From: Yuukianura sp. NJ FZ-2021
Taxonomy: Eukaryota
Direction of reading: 5' to 3'
Length of the DNA stretch: 64,000 bases
Assembly (NCBI GenBank): GCA_046563655.1
Contig: CM102285.1
Location: 10,106,001-10,170,000, forward strand
Within the stretch, counting starts at the first letter, position 1. Each line of letters starts with the position of its first letter. The translations under genes were made by a program, and so were the position numbers. The notes beneath the pieces are model-generated. The model saw nothing but the letters and a program-made list of their open reading frames with translations, was not told where the DNA came from and searched no databases. This document shows, piece after piece, positions 1-32,900 of this stretch.

Positions 1-806
1 AAAGTCTAAACGTAAAAACAAAGGAGAGAAAGCGAGTTTTTCTGTAAGAAAATACGAAGAAAGTGGTTTTGGTCTTAAGAAATTGAAGACAGAATGGATT
101 TTGTTTTCGACTAAGGAAAGAATAGCGTAGTGAAAGTAAGCTAGAGAGAGTCCTAATTATTATACGAAGGGAAGGGAGTGTTCCGTGGGTGGAGTTGCGA
201 GATGAAGCTCCTCTTCCCGGGCTCTTTTCTCCCGTCGACTACCGTGGCCACTGCCCTAGTCTCTGTTGGCGTCGTTGCAAAGGCTCCCACGTTCAGGTTC
301 TGCTGTGTTGTGTGTATTTTTTAAACTAAAGGTTTCAACTGTGACTTTCTACGACTAACACTACTGGCTTCCCAGAAGAAATTGGAACCATATTCAGGAA
401 GAACGGAACAGGAAGGACGTACTTGTCCTCGACGGACGTTTGCAGGAAGTTGAAAGAGTTTCCTTCTGTCGGTGCATTATCAACACTCTACCAAATTACT
501 ACACCACCAAAGACGAAATCATTTCCCTAATCGAAACATCGTCACACAACTTCAAAGTTCCTTGTGCTTTCTCCACTCACTTCTCACAGTAAGGTAAAAA
601 CCATATTCTAATTCTTGTTTCTACAAAAACTTTCACTAGACGAGGTCAAATTGGCAAGTAGGGAAACCTGTAACTTAGGCTAGAGAAAGCTTTGGTGCGT
701 TGAGTCAAAGAAAATGTGTGCGTTTGCATGAATAGATTTAAAGTAAGATTGGAGTGATGCGTGTTTGTTAAAGCCGACGGCTATTTCCGCAGGATGCGGG
801 CACACT

Positions 807-833
807 ACTTTCACTTGTAGCCGGAAGTGAAAG
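807..833. promoter_or_regulatory. Composite ETS + GAAA-type site upstream of the ETS coding exons
   Basis: ACTTTCACT at 807-815, then CCGGAAGTGAAAG at 821-833 (optimal ETS core CCGGAAGT overlapping AGTGAAAG). Confidence 0.4.
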
Positions 834-2224
834 GGCTCCCCGTCCAGGAAAACCTGGATCCTTATGATAGGAACTCTGATGGTTATCGTGATGAAATAAT
901 TTTACATTCCAAGGTCTTATTTTGTCTACCTATAAAGAGGATTATAATGGTTAAGGAATAAGGAAAGAACGCTTTTCAATTCAAACTTCCTTCCTCACCA
1001 TCGATTTCTCTGGATATATCAATTAATCGTAGCTTACACATCCCAGATTCAGTACAGTCATGTTCAATTCAATTAGATTTACATCAGGTTATGTTTGTGT
1101 ATGAGTAAAAGTAAGTTGGGTTTGCCAGAAAGCTGGAATTTGAGGAGAAATTGCCAAAATTGTCTAACTTCTTTAGATATTGAAATCTAGAAGATCTCGT
1201 GAGCTTTAAAAGTAAAATTGACGTTCTGGTAAAATGCTAAAACTTAAACCAGGACTGAAGTACTGCAATTTTGAACCCGCCAATTGCCCCGTTGGTTGTT
1301 TTCCTAATTGGCACTGTTAAGTACTGCTTAGGATTTGAATAGAAGCTGACGTGAGTATGGTCTGTATTATTCCATAGTGAAAGTAGTGAAAGTGTGTGTG
1401 GGTGTTGCGCTTGAGGTTGGGTTAAGTTTTGGTTACGTGGGTATTAGGGTAATAATTTTGAGTGTAATAGGAATATAATAAGGGGAAAGTAGTCCAGTTA
1501 CCTCCAAGTCTAGCAATAGCCTTGGTTTTATGGAGGATAATCGACTGAATGGGCATGTCAAGGTGACATTTTTCATTTTGAGTGTTGAGACACCTTTCAC
1601 TTAAGGCTGACCTCAGGGAAAAGCTCACAAAGCACCTGAAACATTCACATAACCTAGCAAAACTGGTTCTAAAACTTAGAAATGATAACTTATAAAATGA
1701 TTGTTAGGCTAACTAGAAATATTGATTTAGAAATGGAACTTTCGTTTGAATTTGAATGCACTTGAAGGAAGTATTTCACTGTCAAAAAGAAGTCTAGCAG
1801 TCATTAATTTGTGTTTGTTCTCTTAGGTTTAAAAAACTGCCAAAGACTTTCATAAATTTGTATGGAGAAAGTTTGGTATATTGGATCGCATGTGCAATGC
1901 AGTGCCGTGACAGGTCGCAAGTTGCAACTCCCTACTTTGTCTTTTTTGACAGCAAATCTCACTGCATCACGCACCAAAACCCTTAATGAATTGTTTTACA
2001 TCATGTGCAAGCACTCTTCGCCAAAAATTTCACTGTTTCATGTTAACCAGCTTTTTAGCCAAAACTTTCTCATTCATTCTAAGTACCTCTTTACATAAGT
2101 TTATAATAAGGAGAATCGGGGATGATGTGCGACTTTCTTAGATTTTTGAATGTTACAGTCCAATTGTTTTCCTTTCTCCATGACAGGCGGAGTGATTCTT
2201 GGAAGTAAGTCAGAGGTCAATGGA

Positions 2225-23504
<21,280 letters not shown>

Positions 23505-23625
23505 CCATTAAAGTCAGAGTCCACTTCAGGTCAGTCCAGTTCTGCTGCTGGCGCTGGAGGAGGCGCTTGGTTTCGTTAAAAGCGCAGAGGCTGCGGAAGT
23601 TGGATCTGAAGAAAATCTGACCTTT
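23505..23625 (+). other. Candidate stop-codon readthrough element: 24-codon in-frame extension (23505-23579) overlapping a long RNA stem-loop (23510-23625)
   Basis: TGA-C stop context; in-frame PLKSESTSGQSSSAAGAGGGAWFR then TAA. Nested complementary arms: GTCAGA/TCTGAC, CTTCAGGTC/GATCTGAAG, CAGTTCTGC/GCAGAGGCTG. Confidence 0.6.
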
Positions 23626-24325
23626 GACTCCAAAGATTCGAAGCACTGCGAATCGCTTTAGAAAGTATTCCAAAGCTTCTCAATTCACAATCAGAGTCAA
23701 AGGACTTTCTCCTTAAGAAAAACGTTCTTAATTCCAGTACCTCACTTTGAAGGGTGATTGCTTTCCCCATATTCTTAGAAAATAACTATTATAATTAACA
23801 ACACTAGGTATCAGAAGTGTCCCTCAAAATTTCGGTTTTCAAATTGTTTAGAATTTTGAAACAAGCAGTATTATTATCAAAAAGTTGTAAAATGTGTTGT
23901 TTTTTTAATAGAACCTTTGTAGTTAACTCGTGTCGTGGCGCTTTGTAATACTCGAGTTTGCTAAGATGCGGGCATTAAAAATGTCCCTATTAGACTTAAA
24001 TTTTGTCGTTGTTGCATTTTAATGCTACGGCGGCTGCGCTGTGACTGCGACTAGGCTAAAAGCTGCAATTAACGTCTAGTCTTAACGTAAACCCAAAAGA
24101 TCTCCCTTCTCCCATGAGTAAAAATCAAAAGTCATTAAATTATACCGAATAATGTAAAAAGAATTATTAAAACCGTAAATTGTTAACATGAACTGCTTGT
24201 AAACTCGTTTTCATTTTATAGTTTGCTTGTGGTATTACGAAAACATTTGAAAATTGGAAAGTTTTTTAGAACAGTTGCGTTAGATTGAAAAGTGATGGTT
24301 GATCAATTTGGTCCATCGTTGGTGA

Positions 24326-27260
24326 TTATTCTTCGACATCGTATCGTGAAAAGTATACGACTGTATCTTCAACATGTCGGATTAGTTTAGCTTGGTCTTT
24401 GATGAGCATTCCATATGGATCATCCTTTGCCAAAGCAAGTGGATGTGAAAACTGGATCATGACTAAAAAAAACAAAGGTTTTGAAATGTGACTTTAAAAA
24501 AAGTACACAAAAGTGAATCCAAACCTATAAAGTAGCATAGCGCAGTTCCAACTATCTAAAGAAACACAACAGAGAGGAATTAAAGAAACTTGAAATAAAA
24601 ATGTGCAATTTTTCGATTTCTGTAGTTTTTTTTTGTAGCACTTACTCCTACAAGAAAACTGCGATCAATGTTGGAGTATCCTCCACCGGAAATGGCAATG
24701 TCGAAGTGTCCAGAATAGCTTACGTAGAGACTCATCAACTATTTTAAAACATTTTTTTTTGAAAATTTGAAAATGTAAGATCACTTTTTAAATATTTGAA
24801 ACTGTTTGACTAACAAAGTACAACTCCTCAGGGCTTTTACGACCAAACATTCCTTTGCGTCGAAGCACCTCCAAACCATCCATAGCCTGAAATAAGTAAT
24901 AAATCCGAATTTTCGAAACCTGGAGTACGAAATTCTCAAACACGCCTAAAAACTTACTTCTCCTGTAACGTTTGCACCAGCAAATGAAGCCAAAAGGAGG
25001 AAGATGACGCTGTGCAGAATGTAGAGGATGATGAAGACAATGTCCAATTTCCTAGCGTCTTGGAATTCATCTCCAGTCATACTTCTCCAGAACCAGTACA
25101 TCTCAAAGATCAAGCTGAAAACTTGAGCGGAAAAGTAAGTGTCAATGGTTTCAGCAAATAACATGTCAGCTCCATCAACCAAGTCCAGAAGAATTGAATG
25201 ATCTTCAAACAGTTCGCGAAAATTAGTTCTCTTTCCAAGACGATCTTCTAGTACCAACAAGTCGTCACCTTCGATTTCAAAATTTTGGAATTGGTTAACT
25301 CAATTTTGGACTCAACGACCTTTGACCTTGCTTGATAGAAATGCAATTCAGCAGTGTTTCCAAAACTTACCGCGGTTGAGTACGAGGTCCAGACGTTGAT
25401 TCCACAAGCGAAACGCACCTTCCAGAACTCTACACTGCCAGATGAACAGCATGACGTAGAGCTATAAAGTACAACTGATTTGAAATTTTGTTTTCCAGAA
25501 CATTTCAAGTTGTTCAAAATTTTGAATTTGATCATTGCAGAGGTGCAATATAAGGCAAACCAACCTTGGCTGCAAGAATAAGGTAAATCATGAATGCTTG
25601 GGCGTAAATTCGTAGTGTTATGTACAATGTGTGGTTCCTGTACACGCTAGGATATGCGATACGCACAAGCAGCATTCCGATGAAGCCTGGGCCTTTATGA
25701 ACAAGGTCAGAAGGTTATAGACGGACTCATCGCAAGGTTATTGACTCCTTGAAATTAAGAACTTACCTCCCGAAGTGATCGGAGAGACGCGGAATACCAT
25801 CATAGCGATTATAACGAGGACGAAAGACACAAATCCAAAGTTCATAAAAAAATTGAAACGTTGGAGACCTTGAGCAGCATGCACTTGCATTAGATCAAGT
25901 GAACTGAAAAAAACGTATCATTTTTTTTTCAATTCCGACGAATTTGTGAAATTTTGATACAAATTGACCTTACTTGGCGCAGTAGCCGAAGTATTGGTAA
26001 ATGTATGTTCTTTTTCTAAACGTTCTCCAATTTGCAGCGTTGACATGAAACAAAAGCATTCCAATGACGACGCCCAATGCAATGTTGCGGTAAAATATGT
26101 ACATTTCCTCCGCTAAAATTTCAAGTTTAATCATCCTAGTTTTCTTGTATTTAATTTAACTGAACTCTGACCTCTGGCATTCCACTTGTCCCCTCCTGCA
26201 ACTCCATCGTCAGCATCCATCATTGGAGAATTGAGTATGATAGAAACAAGATTCAAGACGTAGGCAATAGTAACAAAAAAAATTGTGCCGCTCGTGACGA
26301 AAAAACCGAGCCCCTGGAGATACTGCCAGTAGAATTCAAATCTGCCGTCGGCGATTCGATGATACTCAACAGGAAACCGAAACAGAACGCCTGCCAAGTA
26401 CTTGTATTGTCGGAATCCGTCGACATAAGCTTCGGAACATTTCTTGTCACGAATTTCTTCATCAATATGGAGTACTGTTTCGCCCTCTCCTACCCAAGCC
26501 TGGTTTAAATTTTCAAAAACGATTTCATTTTAACAAAATTTAATACAGGAACGCTATGAAACTTGAAATATACAAAGTTACGCAACCCGAGATTCTTCGA
26601 CGACTTTGTCAATGGCAGCCTTTGTAGTAGATTGAAGCTCAGCTAGGAAAAAATTAAATACACACTTGGGTTGATTTTTAGAAGAAAAAAAAACTTGTTT
26701 AGTTCAGTTTAAAAAGCGTTTTACGGGAAGAAGCTTTTGATTTTCCTGCGACAGCAAGCTTGAATCCAGGAGGAGCCACCGCAGGCTTTTTTTTCGGTTT
26801 TGCTCCTTCATGCGATGGGTGCTGAAAAAAGTTGAATTATTGATCATAAAAATAAAGTGACTGCTTAATAAAAGTTCTAGTTACTCTAAAAAGCTTTACG
26901 TGTGAATGTTTTCGTCCAACGCTTTTACGGGATTGATGAAAGTCAACCGAAGAAGATTGCTTTAAGATTGACGGTAGAGTGGATGCAGACGGAACCTCTG
27001 AGACCTGCTTAGGTGTCGTAGCTCCGGTTGTCATGGGTGTACGAGCCCATGGTGGCACTGGTGGGCCCGTTCTTGGTGGAATACGTGAAGGCGTTCCTGG
27101 TGTTCCGAGTCCGGGGCGCATCGTAGTCAGAGACGGAACTTTGTTTTCTTTATTATTGTAAACTAGTAAATTGCTAGCCTTTGACCTTTGAACAGGCCTA
27201 CAAAATTATGATTCTCTTAGAACCGAACAACTACTAAAAATTGGTACGCAATTGTTTCAT
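24326..27260 (-). CDS. Gustatory-receptor-like 7TM chemoreceptor with long N-terminal extension
   Basis: Multi-exon model with several hydrophobic helices. The C-terminal region reads ISGGGYSNIDRSFLVG|IVGTALCYFI|VMIQF, a variant of the Gr TM7 TYxxxhxQF motif. Three consecutive phase-0 introns near the C-terminus (TGE|AMD, LYF|LMS, LVG|IVG) match the Gr superfamily pattern. Stop TAA at 24326-24328. Start inferred from mini-exon 27260-27248 (MKQL); alternative start 27121. Confidence 0.78.
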
Positions 27261-27660
27261 TTTCGTGGTTCATAAAAAAAATCACATTGAACACAAAAAG
27301 AAAACGATTGATTCAGTGAAGTGTTAAGAGTTGTCATGGATACAAATCAGTGATCCAAAGAAGCAGTAAATTCCAGCGACATAGCAACCGAACTTGCGAA
27401 TGCGATTGGTTTCATGTGCGTTGAATTTTTTTATTACTATTCGAGTAGTAAACAAAAAATTCGAACAAAATCTTTCGAGTTACTCGAAGGCGAAGGTAAA
27501 TTCGTTCAAAGCTTTCTTTCTTTCCCAAGCTTTCTGGAGTCACGAAAACAATTCCATAGTGTTTTGAAACCTAAGTTTGAAGATTTCCCAGCTAAACCCT
27601 ACTTGGCTAATAATTTTATAGCCATTTACGTTCTCTTGTTTCGAATTTGATTGACGCAAA

Positions 27661-28701
27661 ATGTCAATGGCCAATGAGATTGGCGCATCCGTTAAAAGTT
27701 ACAAATCAGCGCTAAAGGCGTTTGGGATTGTAAACGTCTACTTCATACTGTCAGGACCTTTGACAATTTACATTATCCATATCCTAAACAATCCAAACGG
27801 TGCAGTGGAGAAAGTCCTTGCTAGCTACGCAGAAGATACACACGTTCCAGCGTATTTGTTGTACTTTTCAGCAGCTCTGACTACTGTCAACGGTGTTCTT
27901 GGCCTGTTCTCAGTCCATTTCGATATCCCAATCTTATTAGACTCGCATGAGGGATTCACTTTTGTGTCACTCGGACTTCCGCTGATTGCTGTCGTCGCAG
28001 GTTCATTGGTTCCCACTCGGCCGTCCAATAGCAAGTGAGTTGCTGCTGTTCGAATGCTTTGGTACGCATTCTCATGACTTATTATTGTGTTCCTGAATTT
28101 CAGTTATGCAAATGTATTCCAAGCCGAAACGTATCACCTTCTGCATCATCGAAAATTTAGCTCAATTTGCCACGGCGATCACACTTGGAACCATATCCAA
28201 CAAGTTGCTCGCTGTTGCGGAGTACTTGGACCACGCGATTGGTTATTTTCGTCAGTCCAAGCCATTCCACCGTCCTGCTGCAATTCAAAATTTTCTGGAT
28301 ACAAAACATGCGTTGAATTGGTCGCAGGAAGTCAGAACTGGACTTTTCAGAGAATTGCCGCCGAAATATTCCCGTTGCTTTGGCACAGAAACTGTGTCGA
28401 CACTTTTCAAGATCTCTTGGCAAAACGAAAATTCATTTGGACCATATTTCCACTATGTTTGATGTTGGTAAAGTCATTCATCATGGCGTATTCAGCACTT
28501 CTCGTAGATTTCATACGGAATTATACGGAGTACATGAGTAAGCGACAACCCAAGGAGCCGCTTCGAGAAATCACGGAGGCACTGAAGCGTCAGCAGGCAG
28601 AACTGAAAATCATTCCATCCACGGCAAGCCTGGAGGAGAACTTGGAGAAAACGAGGAAGATGCGGAGACAATTCAATCGCGATAGTGAAAGTGGTGCATG
28701 A
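27661..28701 (+). CDS. Tetraspanin-family protein (divergent)
   Basis: Two exons (27661-28034, 28104-28701). Three N-terminal TM segments, a large loop with RCCG, PPSCC and a later Cys (NCVD), a fourth TM and a charged cytoplasmic tail. Confidence 0.8.
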
Positions 28702-29951
28702 CTAGACTAGTGTTACATAATAAGAATTTAGCTTAACTTTAACCTTATAGATTCTTGTAGTTTTCCTCTCTTTTCCCAAAAACAAAAGTATAAAACCAAA
28801 AAACTCGTTAAAATTTGCCATTAAAATGGCAACTAGATAGTCCCAACTCGTCGACTTGTCTAATGTTATAACTTATAATTTAATATGGATTTGGCGACCC
28901 TGCTTTCGGTCCGTGTTTATTATGTTACGAATTAGTCAGAACAGAACAAAACCTAAAGGTGTGTATATACCTTGATAAACTGGGAATTTTGAACTCAAAA
29001 CGTGGGTCAAAAATAACATGTAGAAATCTAGAAAATCAGAGAACTGACAGTTTCAATGTCGCCAACAGCTTTCTTCCCGATCCGTGATGTTGAGCATCAT
29101 CTTGTGAGTGAAAGTGACAACTTTTGTGGTAGAATTATAAAAAAAAATTCTGCTTTCTCCAGCCTTGGGTTCACAATCGTTTCGTTGATGAATTGGCAGC
29201 AATTTTTACAATTTTGTAATATTAATAATTTTGTATTTGTATTCAAGTACTAATAACAACTTTAGTTTGGAAATGTCAACACTTTTTTTTTTTACTAACA
29301 ATAAGACATGAACGATTTGTAACTGTCATACTTCTTTGCTATTAGTTCCTGCTTCGTTCTAGTTCAGAGTGAACCTCAACTGAATTAGAAAATGCAATCC
29401 CAATAATTGTTTAGAGTTGGAAAACAAAAAACTTTAATTTTTCAAAACTTTTTACTTTGTTCTGGTTTTCATTAGTAGAAGGAGAAAGTTTACGAAATGA
29501 AAAAAAAAACACACTGCGGAAAAAGTTACACGAAGTAATCTCTTGTTCGCGTTCTGTCTATTATCATCATGCATACGTTTGCTGTCCAAAAAAAGAAAGC
29601 GCAAACTCTGGGTGACTTTTTGGTTTCAATTATGAATGGGATAAAGGGCCATGGTGGTGGTCGTATCATCTCCTTTTGCTTTTTTGCTTTCTCCTAAATT
29701 TGGCAGGCGGGAGTTGTAGGCTTAAGAACCTAAGAAATATTGATCCGGAAGAGAAAGTATCCAATGCGGGTATTCCCACACCATAGCCATTTGCTCGGTC
29801 ACTTTCCCTTTTGTTTGAGGAACAACTACATAGTAATAGTCTGATCGGCAGTGCAGTAATAGATGTAAAGTTGAATCTAAAACCTAAGAAATGGAGAAAG
29901 TTAATATAGGTTAATTGAGGCAATTTTGATGATGCAAGGGAAAGTGGCAGG

Positions 29952-32900
29952 ATGTTCATAACTTACGGCCAATGGTTCCTCAGCCTCTGCCTCACAATCA
30001 TACTCCTTGGGCCAAGTTATTCTGATCCCAGGAGTAATGACCTATTCAAACGGTAGGTCTTTTTAACGTTTTAAATTTATGTTTTAAAAAAAAATTATAA
30101 AATTTAACTGCAAATTTTGAAAATCTTATCAATTCTTTTATTTTCATTGTGTTTCAGAATGGAAGCTTTCACCAAACGCCAAGGACAATCGTTTTTTGAG
30201 TTTAGCAATGCCGTTACTAAGTTTGACGAGCTTCGAGATGTACGTTTTTCATCCAAACATTGCTCTAAACATCAAAATTTTTAAAAATCCTATTTTGGTT
30301 TCTGTTTTCAGAGTTTTTCGAGATCAGCAGATTCCATACAACAGATAAACATTCAGAACTTGTTTAGCCGATTGATGCGTAGAGTCAATGAAAGTCTCCA
30401 AGGAAGAGTAAAAGCCATTCAGGTTAATTCCAGAAAAGTAGCGATGTTGCGCTAACTTTAATTTTAAAACAGGTTTGTCTTACACAAAATTGTAGAACCT
30501 TGCTGAATATGCTGAGCCAAAAGCCTATGACTTCTACACTGCAAAACCCGTCATCATCCCAAAAGAACCCATTGACCCCAAAGAACCAGAAAAAATATGG
30601 CAACTGCCTAAGAGTTACTACAATTCAAAGCTCCTCAACAAACCAGAAACGAAAGACACGGACACAGAAGAAGTAGATATAGAAGACTTGACAAAGTTCA
30701 ACTGTACCTTTGACACTGGACTACCACTTTCCCCAAATGAACACTTCAAAGGTCAGGTCAACATGAATGTGAGCTCAGTCCATGTCCCTACGAGTATCTA
30801 TGCTTGTGGTAAGGCCAGTGACTTGTACTTGATGTCGGGAAATGATAGCTTGGATTTGAATGTTTTCAGATCCTCCTTTACTAGATGCTTTAGCTTGGTC
30901 ATCTGACTTAGAAGTTCCGTTTATAGACAACTACAAGCGGAATCCAACACTTGGTTGGCAGTACTTTGGAAGGTGACGACAACTTTTCAAAAATAGTACA
31001 TTTTCGGAGATTTTCAAAAAACAACATCAAGGTTTAGTGTGAAATGCGTGACTTTTCTTTTCTTTTCAGCTCAACTGGGTTTTTGAGGCAATACCCAGGT
31101 AAAAAAAACTGAATTTGAAATTTTAATTTGTGAAAGTTTGAACTTTATTTTAAAAAAAAATGTTGGTTAGCAATGAAATGGCCAAACGACAATTCGGACC
31201 CTGACGCTCCGGATTTGTACGACTGCCGATTCCGACCATGGTACACGGGTAAGACAGGCAATCGAACTTTGAATGTTTTAAAATATGACATTGGCAATTT
31301 ATTCTTTTACTTATATTCTTATAGCTTCAGCCTCCAGTCCAAAAAATCTGCTCATTCTGCTTGATACATCTGGGTCCATGACGGGATTACGTCGGAGAAT
31401 TGCCAAAGCAGTTGTCAATTCCATACTGGATACGCTCACAGACAACGACTACGTCAACGTCTTCAATTTCTCGGAAACTACGCAAGTCTCTGTGGAGTGC
31501 ACGAATGATACTGGAACTCCAGTACTCGTTCAGGTCAGCCAACGTCTGAAAATTTACATCTCAAAAACTGTGATTTCGATGTTTTTTTTTAAAGTTGATT
31601 TTTGATGAAATTATTTTTAGGCCACATTGGAAAACTTGCGAGACTTGAGGGTTGCAATGGAGCAGACGCTGACAGAGGAAGTAGCAAATTTCTCATTGGC
31701 CCTTATAAAAGCATTCGAGACTTTGCGTTACGTAAGTGAGATTGTACCATTCAAGTATAACTGGAATTTTTGGATGTTTTTTTTTCAAAATTCAATTTTT
31801 AAAATTAGAATCAAGATCAAATTGAAAGTTCACAGTGCAACCAGGCCGTAATGATTGTCACTGACGGAGCTCCAGATAAATTCGAAAAGTTCTTTGAAGA
31901 AAACAATAAGAACAAAAGAGTCAGAGTTTTTACATACCTCGTCGGTAGAGAAGTTACGGACAAAAATGAAGTAGAAGAGATGGCCTGCAATAATCAAGGT
32001 ACTAATTGCACTTGAACGACCAAAGATCAACTTCCAAAAAGTAAACTTTCATTTAACACTTTTTCATTTTTCAACTTCAAGGGTACTTTACGCATGTAGC
32101 TACGCTTGGTGAAGTACAAGAGCAGGTTGTAAAGTACATTCACGTCATGTCACGACCTTTAGTACTTAGTCAGAAGCGTGACATATCCTGGACAAACGTA
32201 TACGCCAACCACGCCGTAAGAACTTCAAAATTCAAATAAATTTTGGATACAAAATTTCTACTCAAGGCACAATTTTGAGATAAAAATCTTTTCTAAAATT
32301 TATTTTTAAACACTATTTGGTAGGAATTGGTTGAATCCGAGTGGCAGTGGGAAGAACAAATCAAGGAAAGACAAAAAGAGCGTGCATCAAGATACAAGTG
32401 GTTCTACCATAATGTAGCTGAAAACAACGATAAGAAGAAGAAAGATGCCAACAAAAGTGCAATTTTTGCTTTCACTGATGGAGGAAAGAAGAAAGACGAC
32501 AAAAATTTAGTATTTGTTCTAGCACTTCACAAATTGAAAAACTACCTTGACTATGAAACAACCAACATCAGTGCAAGAAATATTAGAAGAATGGAAGCCG
32601 AGAAGGAGCGAATGGTCAGAGTAAGAAATCTAAAAACCGATTTAATTTCAGTTTCTACAAAAGGAAACGTTTTTCAGAAAAGCACAATCTTGTCACATTT
32701 GCAAAAAGTTACAGTTGCATTTTGAGTTTCAAAACAAGCATAAAAGTCTTGGATTTTTAGAATTTAGCTGAAGTGTTTTAGTAAAGTTTAGTATTGTAAC
32801 TAGCAGCAGCACTTGAAAACTTTAGTACACAGTTTTTTAGAATTGTAGAAAATGCTTCGTAGATGACTTTCAAAATTTGTGTTCACTCACTGTTATTAGA

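Noticed and set aside
28699..28710. Tetraspanin stop is TGA-CTAG, the known vertebrate readthrough motif
   Set aside because: An in-frame TAG follows two codons later (TGA CTA GAC TAG), so any readthrough would add only three residues.
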